From: an uncultured delta proteobacterium
Lineage (GTDB): Bacteria; Desulfobacterota; Zymogenia; Zymogenales; Zymogenaceae
Reading direction: 5' to 3'
Length of the DNA stretch: 64,000 nt
Assembly (NCBI GenBank): GCA_963735595.1
Contig: CAVTLK010000004.1
Location: 1-64,000, forward strand
Part shown: in pieces, positions 21,090 through 31,940 of the stretch
Layout of the letters: every line of letters begins with the position of its first letter
Position numbering within the stretch: the stretch's first letter is position 1
Notes under the pieces: generated by a model
The model's database searches: none
What the model was told of the DNA's origin: nothing
Seen by the model: only the letters and a program-made list of their open reading frames with translations
Translations under genes and position numbers: made by a program

Positions 21090-23498
21090 ATGATATATCG
21101 TTTTTTTGCTTCAATATTATTCTTTTTATATTTTATACCCGGTTTATCGCAGATAGTCACAATAGTTGATAGTGAAGACCGCAGGCCTGTTCCGGATGTT
21201 ATCATTCTGAACAATACAAAGACTAAATTTATTAATTCCAACAAATCAGGTAAAGCTGATATTTCGACATTCAGTAAAGAAAAAACCATCTGTTTTCAGC
21301 ATTTCACTTATGAAAGAGTATGTCTTTCATTTGATGAACTGCGCGAACGGAACTTTGAGGTAAGGCTTACAAAGAAAATATTTGCAATCGAGGAGTTTGT
21401 CATTTTAGCAAGCCGCCGGGAAGAGAACAGGGATGAGGTGCCCAACAGGGTCACCTCCATTCCGAAACCGATATTGCATATCCAGAATCCACAGACAGCA
21501 GCCGATGTCATTGCCATCTCTGATGAAGTATTCGTTCAGAAGAGCCAGCTCGGAGGAGGCAGCCCTATGATTCGCGGGTTTGCCACAAACAGGGTGCTGA
21601 TCGTGGTAGACGGTGTAAGGATGAACAATGCCATATACAGGGAAGGCAATATTCAGAATGTGATCTCTCTTGACCCTGGCACACTCGAGTCAACAGAAAT
21701 AATATTTGGCCCGGGAGCAGTGGTTTATGGCAGTGATGCCATTGGAGGCGTAATGGATTTCAATACCAAAGAGGCTCTTTTTTCCGGAAGTAAAAAGCCT
21801 TTCTTCAAGGTCGATGCGATGTCGAGGTATTCCTCTGCCAATAAGGAAAAAACATTCCATTTCGACTTTAATGCCGGAACAAGAAAGATTGCTTTCCTGA
21901 CAAGCGTCAGCTGGTCAGATTTTGATGATCTCAGGATGGGATCAGGGAAGAACGACAGCTATCTCAGACCTGAATATGTTAAACGTATCAATGGTCGGGA
22001 CTCCGTTGTGGCAAACTCTGATCCGGAGTTACAGATCCTTTCAGGTTACTCGCAGCTTAACACAATGAACAAGCTGAGATTCAGGCTTTCCCCTGATATC
22101 GATCTGGTTTTGTCAAATCATTTTTCGCATTTGTCAGATGTACCCAGGTACGACAGGCTGATACAATATAAAGCAGGAAAACTAAGATATGGCGACTGGT
22201 ATTATGGCCCGCAGGTCTGGATAATGAACAATCTACAGCTTACGGTCAAAAAGAAGAATGCAGCTTTTGATGAAGCACGTCTTACTGCGGCCCATCAGAA
22301 TTACAGTGAAAGCCGCCACGACAGGAGCTTTGGAAAACCTGACATCAACGAGCAAACCGAAAAGGTGACAATTTTCTCTCTGAATCTCGACTTTGACAAA
22401 AACATTAAAAGCAATCATGAACTGGTCTATTATGGATTTGAAGCAGTGTTGAATGATATCAGCTCCATAGCACAGACACGCGATATAATTACGGGAATAA
22501 TCAGTCCGGCCGGCTCAAGATATCCGAACGGGGATAATAAATACAGCAGTTATTCATTATATGCCGGTTATAAGAATAACCTCTCTGAAAAATTCACTCT
22601 GAATACAGGACTGAGATATAACTACGTGACTCTCTCCTCGGAAATTGCCGATAACTCATACTACAATTTCCCTTTTACCCGGATCGATATCTCCAATGGT
22701 GCGTTAACCGGATCAGCCGGGATGGTATACAGGGTAAATGAAAAATTTCACACAAGTCTCAATGCTTCAACAGGTTTCAGAGCCCCTAATCTGGATGACG
22801 CAGGAAAGGTTTTTGATTCTGCCCCGGGTGTTGTTGTAGTTCCTAATCCTGATCTGAAACCTGAATATGCCTGGAATATTGATTTCAGTATTTCAAAGGA
22901 ATTCGGAGATATCCTTCATTCTGAATTAACCCTTTTTCACACCTGGCTTACCAACGCGATGGTCAGGAATGATTTTCTTTTCAACGGTTTCGACTCCATT
23001 CTTTATCTGGGAGAGCCAAGCAAGGTTGAGGCTATGACCAACAGTGGTTCGGCCAGGGTTTATGGACTCAACATAAATATGCAGGTAAATATCTTAAGGT
23101 ATCTCTCTCTTAAAACTGCGCTTAATATGACTGAGGGATATGAAGAAAACGGTGATCCCCTGAGGCATGCTGCTCCGTTATTCGGATCAACCCATCTTAT
23201 TTTTAAAACAGGAGGTTTCGATGCTGATCTGTATACAAACTATAATGGTGCAAAGAAGTATGAAAAGATGGCACCATCGGAAACAGAGAAACCATATCTG
23301 TATGCTGCTGACGAAAACGGCAATCCCTGGTCACCAGGATGGTTCACGATTAATCTGAAGATGTCGTATAAGTTCCTGAACAGGATTTCTTTGATGGCAG
23401 GAATTGAAAATATCCTGGATGTCAGGTACCGTCCCTATTCTTCAGGAATTGCAGCTGCCGGACGGAACTTTATGGCTTCAGTGAGGATTGAGCTTTAA
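21090..23498 (+). CDS. TonB-dependent receptor (heme/siderophore-like class, substrate unknown)
   Basis: Plug motif GGGSPMIRGF..NRVLIVVDGVRMNNA, YGSDAIGGV; barrel motifs TGFRAPNL, NPDLKPE, ENILD, GRNF. Confidence 0.92.
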   Translation: MIYRFFASILFFLYFIPGLSQIVTIVDSEDRRPVPDVIILNNTKTKFINSNKSGKADISTFSKEKTICFQHFTYERVCLSFDELRERNFEVRLTKKIFAIEEFVILASRREENRDEVPNRVTSIPKPILHIQNPQTAADVIAISDEVFVQKSQLGGGSPMIRGFATNRVLIVVDGVRMNNAIYREGNIQNVISLDPGTLESTEIIFGPGAVVYGSDAIGGVMDFNTKEALFSGSKKPFFKVDAMSRYSSANKEKTFHFDFNAGTRKIAFLTSVSWSDFDDLRMGSGKNDSYLRPEYVKRINGRDSVVANSDPELQILSGYSQLNTMNKLRFRLSPDIDLVLSNHFSHLSDVPRYDRLIQYKAGKLRYGDWYYGPQVWIMNNLQLTVKKKNAAFDEARLTAAHQNYSESRHDRSFGKPDINEQTEKVTIFSLNLDFDKNIKSNHELVYYGFEAVLNDISSIAQTRDIITGIISPAGSRYPNGDNKYSSYSLYAGYKNNLSEKFTLNTGLRYNYVTLSSEIADNSYYNFPFTRIDISNGALTGSAGMVYRVNEKFHTSLNASTGFRAPNLDDAGKVFDSAPGVVVVPNPDLKPEYAWNIDFSISKEFGDILHSELTLFHTWLTNAMVRNDFLFNGFDSILYLGEPSKVEAMTNSGSARVYGLNINMQVNILRYLSLKTALNMTEGYEENGDPLRHAAPLFGSTHLIFKTGGFDADLYTNYNGAKKYEKMAPSETEKPYLYAADENGNPWSPGWFTINLKMSYKFLNRISLMAGIENILDVRYRPYSSGIAAAGRNFMASVRIEL

Positions 23499-23589
23499 AA
23501 TACTCTTAAAAAAAGAGATTTTTGGCACGCAATTTGATTTAGTATAGTTACACAGGCAATCTCAATCATACACTTGATCCTTCAAGTAC

Positions 23590-23622
23590 AGCCAGGCTCC
23601 CGAGGCCTGGCTTTCATCTTTT
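23590..23622 (+). terminator. Intrinsic terminator hairpin
   Basis: AGCCAGGC-TCCCGAG-GCCTGGCT followed by TTCATCTTTT. Confidence 0.7.
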
Positions 23623-23624
23623 AA

Positions 23625-24620
23625 TCAGAAAGGCCTGTAACCTATAATTTCCCTCACCTCCCTGACTGTTTTTGAAGCGCTTGCCCTGGCTTTTTCAGCC
23701 CCATCGGCAACCACGCGGGCAAGGTATTTTTTATCGGCAAGGATCTCAAGTATCCGTTCTCTTATAGGTTCTGTAACTTTGATAATATCTTCTGCGAGCT
23801 GTTTTTTCATATCTCCATAGCGGATCTCACAGGAAGCATGTTTATCTGTGAAATAATTAACAGTAGCCGGGTCTGATACTACATTCATAATTGTGAAGAG
23901 ATTCTGAACAGGTTCAGAAGGTTTTTCCCCTGGTTTCACAGGTCCGGTATCGGTAACTGCCCGCATTACCTTCTTTCTTATTTCCTGGGGAGTATCTGCC
24001 AGAAAGACCCCGTTACCTTCACTTTTACCCATCTTTCCAGTGCCATCAAGTCCCGGAATCTTAAGCAGCTGCTTCCCGAAATTATATGCATCCGGTTCAG
24101 GGAAATAATCGACTTCATACATAGTATTAAAACGGCGTGCAAATCGCCGGGTCATTTCCAGATGCTGTTCCTGGTCCTTTCCAACCGGAACCTTGTGAGC
24201 CCTGTGAATTATAATGTCGGCAGCCATCAGAACCGGGTAGGTAAGCAATCCGGCATTTATATTATCAGGCTGTTTACGTATTATTTCCTTGAAAGATGTT
24301 GTTCTTTCAAGCTCACCAACATATGCGTTCATATTGAGCAGAAGATAGAGTTCAGTCACTTCGGGGACATCGCTCTGGATAAATACCGAAGCCACCTCAG
24401 GATCTATGCCGCATGCAAGATATTCTGCCAGCACCTGCCTGATGTTGGCATGCAGGTCTTCGGGTTTTGGATGTGTTGTAAGCGAGTGATAATCTGCGAT
24501 AAAGAAAAAACAATTATTCTCCTTCTGCATTTTCAGAAAGTTTGTTACTGCTCCGAAATAGTTACCAAGGTGCAGGTTTCCTGTCGATCGTATTCCGCTT
24601 ACTACCGTATCCATGTCCAA
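23625..24620 (-). CDS. trpS: Tryptophan--tRNA ligase
   Basis: SGIRSTGNLHLGNY (HIGH-like), YPVLMAADI, VPVGKDQEQH, KMGKS. Confidence 0.97.
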   Translation of the reverse strand: MDMDTVVSGIRSTGNLHLGNYFGAVTNFLKMQKENNCFFFIADYHSLTTHPKPEDLHANIRQVLAEYLACGIDPEVASVFIQSDVPEVTELYLLLNMNAYVGELERTTSFKEIIRKQPDNINAGLLTYPVLMAADIIIHRAHKVPVGKDQEQHLEMTRRFARRFNTMYEVDYFPEPDAYNFGKQLLKIPGLDGTGKMGKSEGNGVFLADTPQEIRKKVMRAVTDTGPVKPGEKPSEPVQNLFTIMNVVSDPATVNYFTDKHASCEIRYGDMKKQLAEDIIKVTEPIRERILEILADKKYLARVVADGAEKARASASKTVREVREIIGYRPF

Positions 24621-24660
24621 TTATAAAAAGTCATGCAAAGCTAATTGTTTTTTCAGATAT

Positions 24661-24935
24661 TGCCCCCCTGCCCCCCTAAACTACCCACCCCCCTTTTGAT
24701 TTCCCCCCTTTATTTGTGCCACCTGACCTCCTTTTTTGCATTTCACAATTTGTATTACGGACCCCCCTTTCAGTTTCCCCTTATTTAATTAAAGACCCCC
24801 CTTTCCCGTTTCCCCTTATTTAGTTAAAGACCCCCCTTTCCCGTTTCCCCCCACGGGGGGAAAGGCTTGAAAATCCTTTTTGCGCTTTTATTTGAAAACC
24901 CCTTCCCCCTTGGGGGAAGGTCGGGATGGGGGTCT
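24661..24935. repeat. Cluster of REP-like palindromes including a REPIN-like inverted doublet
   Basis: Three iterated GACCCCCCTTTC..GTTTCCCC half-units, then CCCCCCACGGGGGGAAAGG and an inverted CCCCTTCCCCCTTGGGGGAAGG..GGGATGGGGG. It is the reverse-complement equivalent of the elements at 52311-52652. Confidence 0.75.
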
Positions 24936-25065
24936 GTAATAAATAATGGGAATGGCAGGGGGTAGGGTTTGTTTATTCAGGGAGCAGGGGGATGGGCTTG
25001 TACGTTAGAATATAGGGCTGGAGCTCAAAATTATTTGTACCTTTGCCGGATTAAAACAAGAAGCT

Positions 25066-25413
25066 GTGGAATCAACAGAATCGACAAGGCAGAAAAAAGT
25101 TGCAAGGCTGATACAGAAGGAAATTGCAGATATTTTTCTCCGTAAAGGGGTTGAATTTGCTCCCGGTAAGCTGATCTCAATCACTAAGGTAAGAGTCAGT
25201 CCCGACCTCTCCTATGCAAAGATCTATATCAGCATTTTTCCTTCGGTTAACCATGATGAAATATTGAATTCCATCCAGGAACATTCCCACAAAATAAGAT
25301 TCGAACTGGGTCAAAAGGTAAGATCACAGCTTCGTATTGTTCCGGAGCTCGCCTTCTTCATTGACGACAGTCTCGACTATATCGAAAAGATCGACAAGCT
25401 GCTGAAAACCTGA
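25066..25413 (+). CDS. rbfA: Ribosome-binding factor A
   Basis: RQKKVARLIQKEIA, ITKVRVSPDLSYAKIY, LRIVPELAFFIDDS; TACCTTTG promoter box at 25038-25045. Confidence 0.95.
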   Translation: MESTESTRQKKVARLIQKEIADIFLRKGVEFAPGKLISITKVRVSPDLSYAKIYISIFPSVNHDEILNSIQEHSHKIRFELGQKVRSQLRIVPELAFFIDDSLDYIEKIDKLLKT

Positions 25414-25418
25414 TCCTA

Positions 25419-26228
25419 ATGCAGTACGAACCTATTAAAAGATCTATGGGCATGTTCTTCTCAGGACCTCTTTTCATGAGGAAACTGCTCTATTTTCTGA
25501 TGGATCTGCTGCTGCTGCGTACATGGCATGTAAAAAGAGCCCTCAGAAAGATCAGCAAAGGTCTGCCTTCGGAGGCGAGCATACTTGATGCAGGATCAGG
25601 CATGGGCCAGTACTCGTGGCGGATGAGCCGAATGGGGCCCGGCTGGAAGATCACCGGGACAGATATCAACAGTGAGCAGATTGAAGATTGCACGGCTTTC
25701 TTCAGAAAAACAGGTCTGTCGGAAAGAGTCTCTTTCAGGATTGCCGACCTCACCGGATTCAGGGAACCGGGCAGCTATGACCTTATATTATCAGTTGATG
25801 TAATGGAGCATATCCTTGAGGATGAAAAGGTATTCAGGAATTTCTTTGAATCGCTTAAAACAGATGGTACTCTCCTGATCTCCACCCCCTCCGACAAAGG
25901 AGGTTCCGATGTTCACGACGAGGAAGATGAATCGTTCATCGGGGAGCATGTACGTAATGGCTACAGCATTGATGAAATAAGCTCAAAACTTACGGGCGCA
26001 GGTTTTAGTGAGGTAAAGGCTTCCTATACTTACGGAAAACCAGGGAGTATTTCCTGGCAGCTCGCCATGAAGTATCCGGTGAAAATGCTTAACATCTCAA
26101 AGCTTTTCTTTATAATTCTGCCGTTTTATTACCTGCTGTTTTTCCCTGTCTCTGTTATACTTAACATTTTTGATCTTCGTTTTACACATAAAAGCGGAAC
26201 CGGTTTACTGGTTACTGCAAGGAAATAA
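25419..26228 (+). CDS. Class I SAM-dependent methyltransferase
   Basis: ILDAGSGMG, YDLILSVDVMEHI, GTLLISTP. Confidence 0.85.
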   Translation: MQYEPIKRSMGMFFSGPLFMRKLLYFLMDLLLLRTWHVKRALRKISKGLPSEASILDAGSGMGQYSWRMSRMGPGWKITGTDINSEQIEDCTAFFRKTGLSERVSFRIADLTGFREPGSYDLILSVDVMEHILEDEKVFRNFFESLKTDGTLLISTPSDKGGSDVHDEEDESFIGEHVRNGYSIDEISSKLTGAGFSEVKASYTYGKPGSISWQLAMKYPVKMLNISKLFFIILPFYYLLFFPVSVILNIFDLRFTHKSGTGLLVTARK

Positions 26229-26233
26229 TTGAA

Positions 26234-27451
26234 TTGAAACTTTCTTTATATATAGCCAGAAGATATCTGTTTGCGAAGAAATCGCGCAATGCTATCAATG
26301 TGATCTCTGCCGTATCGGTTGCCGGAGTAGCAGTAGGAACAATGGCACTGATCATAATCCTTTCCGTTTTCAACGGACTTGAGACACTGGTCACTTCTAT
26401 ATTTAACACGGTCGATCCGGATTTAAAAATCACGGCTGCAGAAGGAAAAACTTTTCTCCCTGATGCTTCAAAGCTGAAGCTTCTGTCGGCCGTAAACGGA
26501 GTCTCCTGCTACTCTCTTGCAATAGAGGAGAATGCCCTGTTAAAATATGAAGAGAGACAGTTTATCGCAACAATAAAAGGAGTTGATGAAAACTATATAA
26601 AGGTAACAGGTATCGACAGCTCCATGTTTGAAGGGGATTTTATTCTGAAAGCTGAAACAGGAAGGTCTCATGCGGTTGTCGGAGTAGGTATTGCCCAGTA
26701 TATTGGACTAAGAATCAATTTTGTACAACCTTTGTGGATATATGTGCCTTCAAAATCAGGAGGCAGGTCAATGATCCCGGAAGAGGCCTTTAATAGTGAA
26801 TTCATTTTTACTTCAGGACTCTTCCAGGTTGAACAGGATTATGATTCAAAATATGTTTACGTGCCGCTTGATTTTGCACGTAAGCTGATTGAAAACAAAG
26901 AGGGTGTAAGCTCCGTTGAAATCAAGTTCACAGGTACAGCAGATGAGAAAAAGGTCCAGAAAGATGTGACGGAAATATTTGGTTCCGGATATGTTGTTCA
27001 GAACAAGTATGAGCAGCAGGAAATATTTTATAAGGTTATGAAGTCGGAAAGGCTTGCCATATTCTTCATCCTTACTCTTATACTTATCATCGCTTCATTC
27101 AACATTATTGGGTCACTTACAATGCTCATCATTGAGAAGGAACGTGATATTGAGATCCTGAAAAGTCTTGGCGCCGACAACAACCTTATAAGAAAGATCT
27201 TTATTTTTGAAGGATGGCTGATCTCAATAATAGGAGCTTTTGCAGGTCTCCTGCTTGGATTTGTGGTATGCTGGCTTCAGCAGACTTACGGATTCGTAAA
27301 GCTGCAGGGAGAGACTCTTATTATGGATTCATATCCGGTGGTAATGGCCTTCCCCGACTTTATCCTTGTTTTGTCGACAGTTCTGCTGATAGGCTTCTGG
27401 GCAGCCTGGTATCCGGTTAGGTACCTTACAAAGAAATATCTGATCAAATGA
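26234..27451 (+). CDS. LolC/E-like (FtsX/MacB family) ABC permease
   Basis: IARRYLF, ILSVFNG, IASFNIIGSLTMLIIEKERDI..LKSLGA..IRKIF. Confidence 0.85.
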   Translation: MKLSLYIARRYLFAKKSRNAINVISAVSVAGVAVGTMALIIILSVFNGLETLVTSIFNTVDPDLKITAAEGKTFLPDASKLKLLSAVNGVSCYSLAIEENALLKYEERQFIATIKGVDENYIKVTGIDSSMFEGDFILKAETGRSHAVVGVGIAQYIGLRINFVQPLWIYVPSKSGGRSMIPEEAFNSEFIFTSGLFQVEQDYDSKYVYVPLDFARKLIENKEGVSSVEIKFTGTADEKKVQKDVTEIFGSGYVVQNKYEQQEIFYKVMKSERLAIFFILTLILIIASFNIIGSLTMLIIEKERDIEILKSLGADNNLIRKIFIFEGWLISIIGAFAGLLLGFVVCWLQQTYGFVKLQGETLIMDSYPVVMAFPDFILVLSTVLLIGFWAAWYPVRYLTKKYLIK

Positions 27452-28252
27452 AAATGAAATTATCCGGATCAGCAATAAAAATGCATAAACTGGCTCTGGC
27501 TGGAGTTATTATCCTGATAATAACGCAATCATGCATAAATCCAAGAGATAAAGTTAAACATGGGAAGCTGATCCCGGAGGAAACGTTCGTTTCAATACTC
27601 ACTGACATTTATATTGCTAATGGACTTCTCTCCCTTCCCGAGATCAGATATCAGTTTTCCGGCAGGGATTCTGTCCTTAATTATATTGACATTGTAGAGA
27701 GTTACGGCTTCTCATACGAAACGATGAAGAGCACAACTGAATTATTATTTCGTCAGCAAGCCGAAAAAACTCATCAGGATCTATGACGGGATAATCGCGA
27801 AGATGAGTGAAATGCAGTCAGCTATACAGAATGAAGTAATGAGGATAGAACAGGAAGCCTCAAGAAAGGCAGTAAATTATAACATCTATACACTGCCGGA
27901 CCCTGAGAGGGTTGAAGAACCTATAGTCAGTACTATCCTTCATCCACCGGGAACTTATAACCTGTCCATTTCGGTAACTGTTTATCCCGATGATAATGCT
28001 AATAATCTGCATCTCGCAGCATGGATAATTGATGCCGACAGTCTGGAAACCGGAAAAAAGAGATGGCTGCCCGTATTTAAATACTTTAAAGACGGACACC
28101 CTCATCAGATAAATTATAGCGGCCGGATAGAAACAGATCGCCCGTTGGTAATGAAAACTCTTCTCTACAACTATGAGAACAACATAACTGAGTTGGATAA
28201 ACATGCCCGGATTGAAGTGTTTTTCTTCAATTTTATGCCCGACCCTTTATGA
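27448..28252 (+). CDS. DUF4296-like lipoprotein (frameshift near 27735)
   Basis: Lipobox TQSC, LIPEETFVSILTDIYIANG; continues in ORF 27803-28252. Confidence 0.55.
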
Positions 28253-29426
28253 GACGTCTTTCAGCCCAGTATGTCATAACCAATACAGGAGCTCCGGCAA
28301 AAAGAGCTGTTATCTCAGCAGAAGATGACGGAACAATAATAAGCATTGAACCGGGAATTGAGTCACTGAGAGATCCCCAGTCGGTTGAATTCTTTAACGG
28401 TATTATCATCCCGGGATTTGTAAATTGCCACTGCCACCTGGAACTTTCACATATGAAAGGTTCTGTTGCTGAAGGGACCGGACTGGAGAATTTCATCATG
28501 CATGTAAGAGATGCAAGAAATAATATTCCTGTTGACGAGATCTCAGCAGCACAACAAACTGATAATCTGCTTTCTGATCGAAGGTGTTGTCCTTTGCGCA
28601 GATGTATGCAACACATCTCTGACTTTTAATATCAAGAAGAAAAGCAGGATACAATACCATAACTTCCTTGAAGTTTTCGGGATAGATCCGCAAAAAGCCG
28701 GAAAGCGAATGGATGAGATAGCGGTAGTTGCCGGAGAAGCCGACAGGAGAGGATTGGCTTATTCCATTACACCGCATTCTGCATATTCTGTTTCGCTTCC
28801 GCTATTCCGGCTTATTAAGGAGAAGTCAAAAATGAACAGGGTTACCTCAATTCATTTCATGGAAACCCCTGCCGAAGCTCTTTTTCTGTCGGGTCATTCA
28901 GGGCCTCTGAGAAAATCGTATGAGGCTTCAGGACTATTGCCGGATAATATTCTTGTACCTGTCAGACCATGCTACAGCAATACTTGACGAAGTGACAAGG
29001 GCTGGAAATCTTATACTCGTTCACAACACATTTGCCGATGCGGAAACCGTAAACAGGGTAAAGAAGAGAGGGCGGACATACTGGTGCCTCTGCCCCGGGT
29101 CAAATATGTATATTGAGAAAAAGATGCCTCCGGTTGAGATGCTGATGACAGAAGGATGTGACATTGTAATTGGAACCGATTCTCTTGCATCAAATAGAAG
29201 CTTAAGCATCCTTTCAGAGCTGAAGCTGATCCAGAATTATTTCCCTTCAATCCCGCTTCAGGAATTGATCAGATGGTCAACGATCAAAGGGGCTGAAGCG
29301 CTTGGTGAGGATAATAATTTCGGAAAAATAGAGCCGGGAAAAAAGCCCGGTTTATTGCTTCTGGAAAATACAGATCTCTTAAACTTCAAACTTCTTCCGG
29401 AAACAACTGTTACCAGATTAGTGTAA
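28249..29426 (+). CDS. Metal-dependent amidohydrolase (two frameshifts)
   Basis: PGFVNCHCHLELS, TPHSAYSVS, SIHFME, LVHN, CPGSN, GTDSLASN, GKIEPGK across ORFs 28249-28629, 28511-28987 and 28920-29426. Confidence 0.85.
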
Positions 29427-29435
29427 ATTGCGATT

Positions 29436-30219
29436 ATGCCCACATTTCTGTTTGATAAAATAGTATTTGGCCCCGTTAAAAGCAGAAGACTCGGGGTGTC
29501 GCTCGGGATCAATCTTCTTCCTGACCACCAGAAAAGTCTGCAATTTCAATTGCATCTACTGCGAATGCGGCTGGACTCAAAGCAAAGATATGAGTAGTGA
29601 AAAACTTCCTTCGAGAAAAGAAGTTTATGAGGCGCTCAGCCAAAAGCTGGCCGAAATGAAAAAAAATCACCAGTCTCCTGATGTTATCACTTATGCAGGG
29701 AATGGAGAACCAACCCTCCATCCTGAATTCCCCGGTATTATAGACGACAGCATCTTTTTAAGAAATGAATATTTCCCGCATGCAAAAATAGCGGTGCTCT
29801 CCAACTCAACAGCGATTAAAAAACCAGCTGTCAGAAAAGCACTGCTGAAAGTTGACCAGAATATTCTAAAACTTGATTCAGCTTTCGATCTTACCGTGAA
29901 CATGCACAACCAGCCCAGGGTGAACATAAAAGTTAAAGATCTTGTCAGGGACCTTCAGCTTTTCAAAGGCAGATTAATAATTCAAACGCTTTTCGTCAGG
30001 GGATCATTTAATGGCAAAAGAATCGACAACACAACTCCTGAAGAGATCGATGCCTGGATCAGTACATTAATAAAAATCAGACCTTCTGAAGTAATGATCT
30101 ATACAATTTCCAGAGACACCCCGGAAGGTGGGCAACTTGAGAAGGTGCCACTGGCAGAACTGAAACGGATTGCTGCCATTGTTAATGAACTCGGTATTGA
30201 AACACAGGTTTCAGGCTGA
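29436..30219 (+). CDS. Radical SAM protein (frameshift near 29520)
   Basis: N-terminus MPTFLFDKIVFGPVKSRRLGVSLGINLLP joins the frame carrying CNFNCIYC (CxxxCxxC) and GNGEPTLHP. Confidence 0.87.
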
Positions 30220-30221
30220 AC

Positions 30222-31316
30222 TTGAAAACCAAACCAAATATACTTATCTGCCCTCTTGAATGGGGATTGGGTCATGCAGCAAGGATGATACCCATGGCAG
30301 TTAAACTGAGGGAATTGAATTTTAATGTCATTATCGGTACCGGGAAGGAACATCAGGCTCTTTACCGCACTGAGATCCCCGGCATTACCTGTATTGATTT
30401 CCCGGGGTTCAAACCGGTATATTCGAAATATCTTCCTCAATATTTTTCCCTCTTTCTTAAAATCCCCGGGCTCATTTATCATATTTTTTCCGAACATGGG
30501 AAGCTTAAAAGGATAATCCGGGAAAATGAAATTGACATCGTGATCAGTGATAACCGTTTTGGTCTGTGGAACAGGAATATTAAGACGGTATATGTAACAC
30601 ATCAACTCCGAATTCCTTTTCCGAAGGCTTTCCGGCTTTTTGAATTCATCGGAATCACTCTTCACAGGGCTGTTATACGCAAATATTCATTTTGCTTTAT
30701 ACCTGATCTCCCGGGGGACATGAACCTCTCCGGAAGGTTGTCACATGGCATTAAACTACCAGGTAACGCCATGTACATCGGTATCCTTTCAAGGTTTGAA
30801 GGGATTAATTCCACTCCCGGAGTTTCTCCGGTAAGTGGTGAATACAATACAGTAATCCTATCAGGTCCCGAACCTCAGCGGACTCTTCTGAAACAAAAAC
30901 TAACCGGGATGCTGAAAAACAGACTTCCGAAAAGTGTAATGCTGGGAGGGAGACCAGATATTGTTTCTCCAGGAACAGAATCGGATAATATAATTTATTA
31001 TAATCATCTGCCTGCAGCTGCTATGAGACAGATCATTGCCGGAAGCAAGGTCATTATAACCCGGTCAGGTTATACAGCAATTATGGAGCTGGTAAGTCTA
31101 AACCGCACTTCCCTTCTTATACCAACCCCTGGTCAGACAGAACAGGAATACCTGGCCGGATATCTTAGTGAGAAAGGATGGTTCACAGGTGTGCTTCAGA
31201 AGGATCTCAAAGAAGAGATGCCGGAAATAACTTCACAAACAGCTCCCGGATATGAAATTATGACTCAGAGCAGACGACTGCTTGAAGCGGCCTTAAAAAA
31301 ACTATCAGAAGATTGA
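30222..31316 (+). CDS. GT-B glycosyltransferase (GT28/MurG-like C-terminus)
   Basis: WGLGHAAR, VISDNRFG, ITRSGY, IPTPGQTEQEYLA. Confidence 0.85.
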   Translation: MKTKPNILICPLEWGLGHAARMIPMAVKLRELNFNVIIGTGKEHQALYRTEIPGITCIDFPGFKPVYSKYLPQYFSLFLKIPGLIYHIFSEHGKLKRIIRENEIDIVISDNRFGLWNRNIKTVYVTHQLRIPFPKAFRLFEFIGITLHRAVIRKYSFCFIPDLPGDMNLSGRLSHGIKLPGNAMYIGILSRFEGINSTPGVSPVSGEYNTVILSGPEPQRTLLKQKLTGMLKNRLPKSVMLGGRPDIVSPGTESDNIIYYNHLPAAAMRQIIAGSKVIITRSGYTAIMELVSLNRTSLLIPTPGQTEQEYLAGYLSEKGWFTGVLQKDLKEEMPEITSQTAPGYEIMTQSRRLLEAALKKLSED

Positions 31317-31940
31317 AAGGAATCCGGCCATCCCTGCAATACCTGACAGATAACCAAGCCAAATTTCCTTAGGATTATGCGAGTTTAGCCACAGCCGTGA
31401 GGATAATATCAACCCTGACGCCAGGATGGCTGATATGAGGAATGGCGTGAGGGGTGTATGCATCTTTATAGAAAGGACGAAGATCAGCGATGTCATTGCT
31501 CCGGCTCCGGCAGCATGAATGGATATCTTCCACCAGAAATTTATAACAGTAAGTACGAATGAAAACAGTGCAGTTGAGAGTATAAATGCCTTTATAAAAA
31601 CGGGAATGTTGAATTTAAGCACTACGTATACGGTCACCAGATAGAAGAATGAAGTGATCGCCATCGGAATAATTCTTTCACTCCGGTCATCAATTGTCCA
31701 GGAGCTTATCATTTTCCGCCACTTCAGATAAGGAATCAATGAAAGGGGCAACAAAATGTTATTTGTTGAAAAAATAAGCAGAATGATCTTTTTCTGGACT
31801 GATGGCAGGAAGTCGAATAATGTCGGCGCTGAAAGAATTATGATCAGTCCGTAAAGCGGCATAAGAACAGGATGGAATATCCCCGATATGAATTTTGCCA
31901 TTGAATCTGCAAAAGGACGTTGAGCGGCTGGCATATTCAT
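31305..31940 (-). CDS. PAP2-superfamily-like membrane protein
   Basis: Multiple TM helices; WKISIHA and SSRLWLNSH motifs. Confidence 0.6.
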   Translation of the reverse strand: MNMPAAQRPFADSMAKFISGIFHPVLMPLYGLIIILSAPTLFDFLPSVQKKIILLIFSTNNILLPLSLIPYLKWRKMISSWTIDDRSERIIPMAITSFFYLVTVYVVLKFNIPVFIKAFILSTALFSFVLTVINFWWKISIHAAGAGAMTSLIFVLSIKMHTPLTPFLISAILASGLILSSRLWLNSHNPKEIWLGYLSGIAGMAGFLSIF

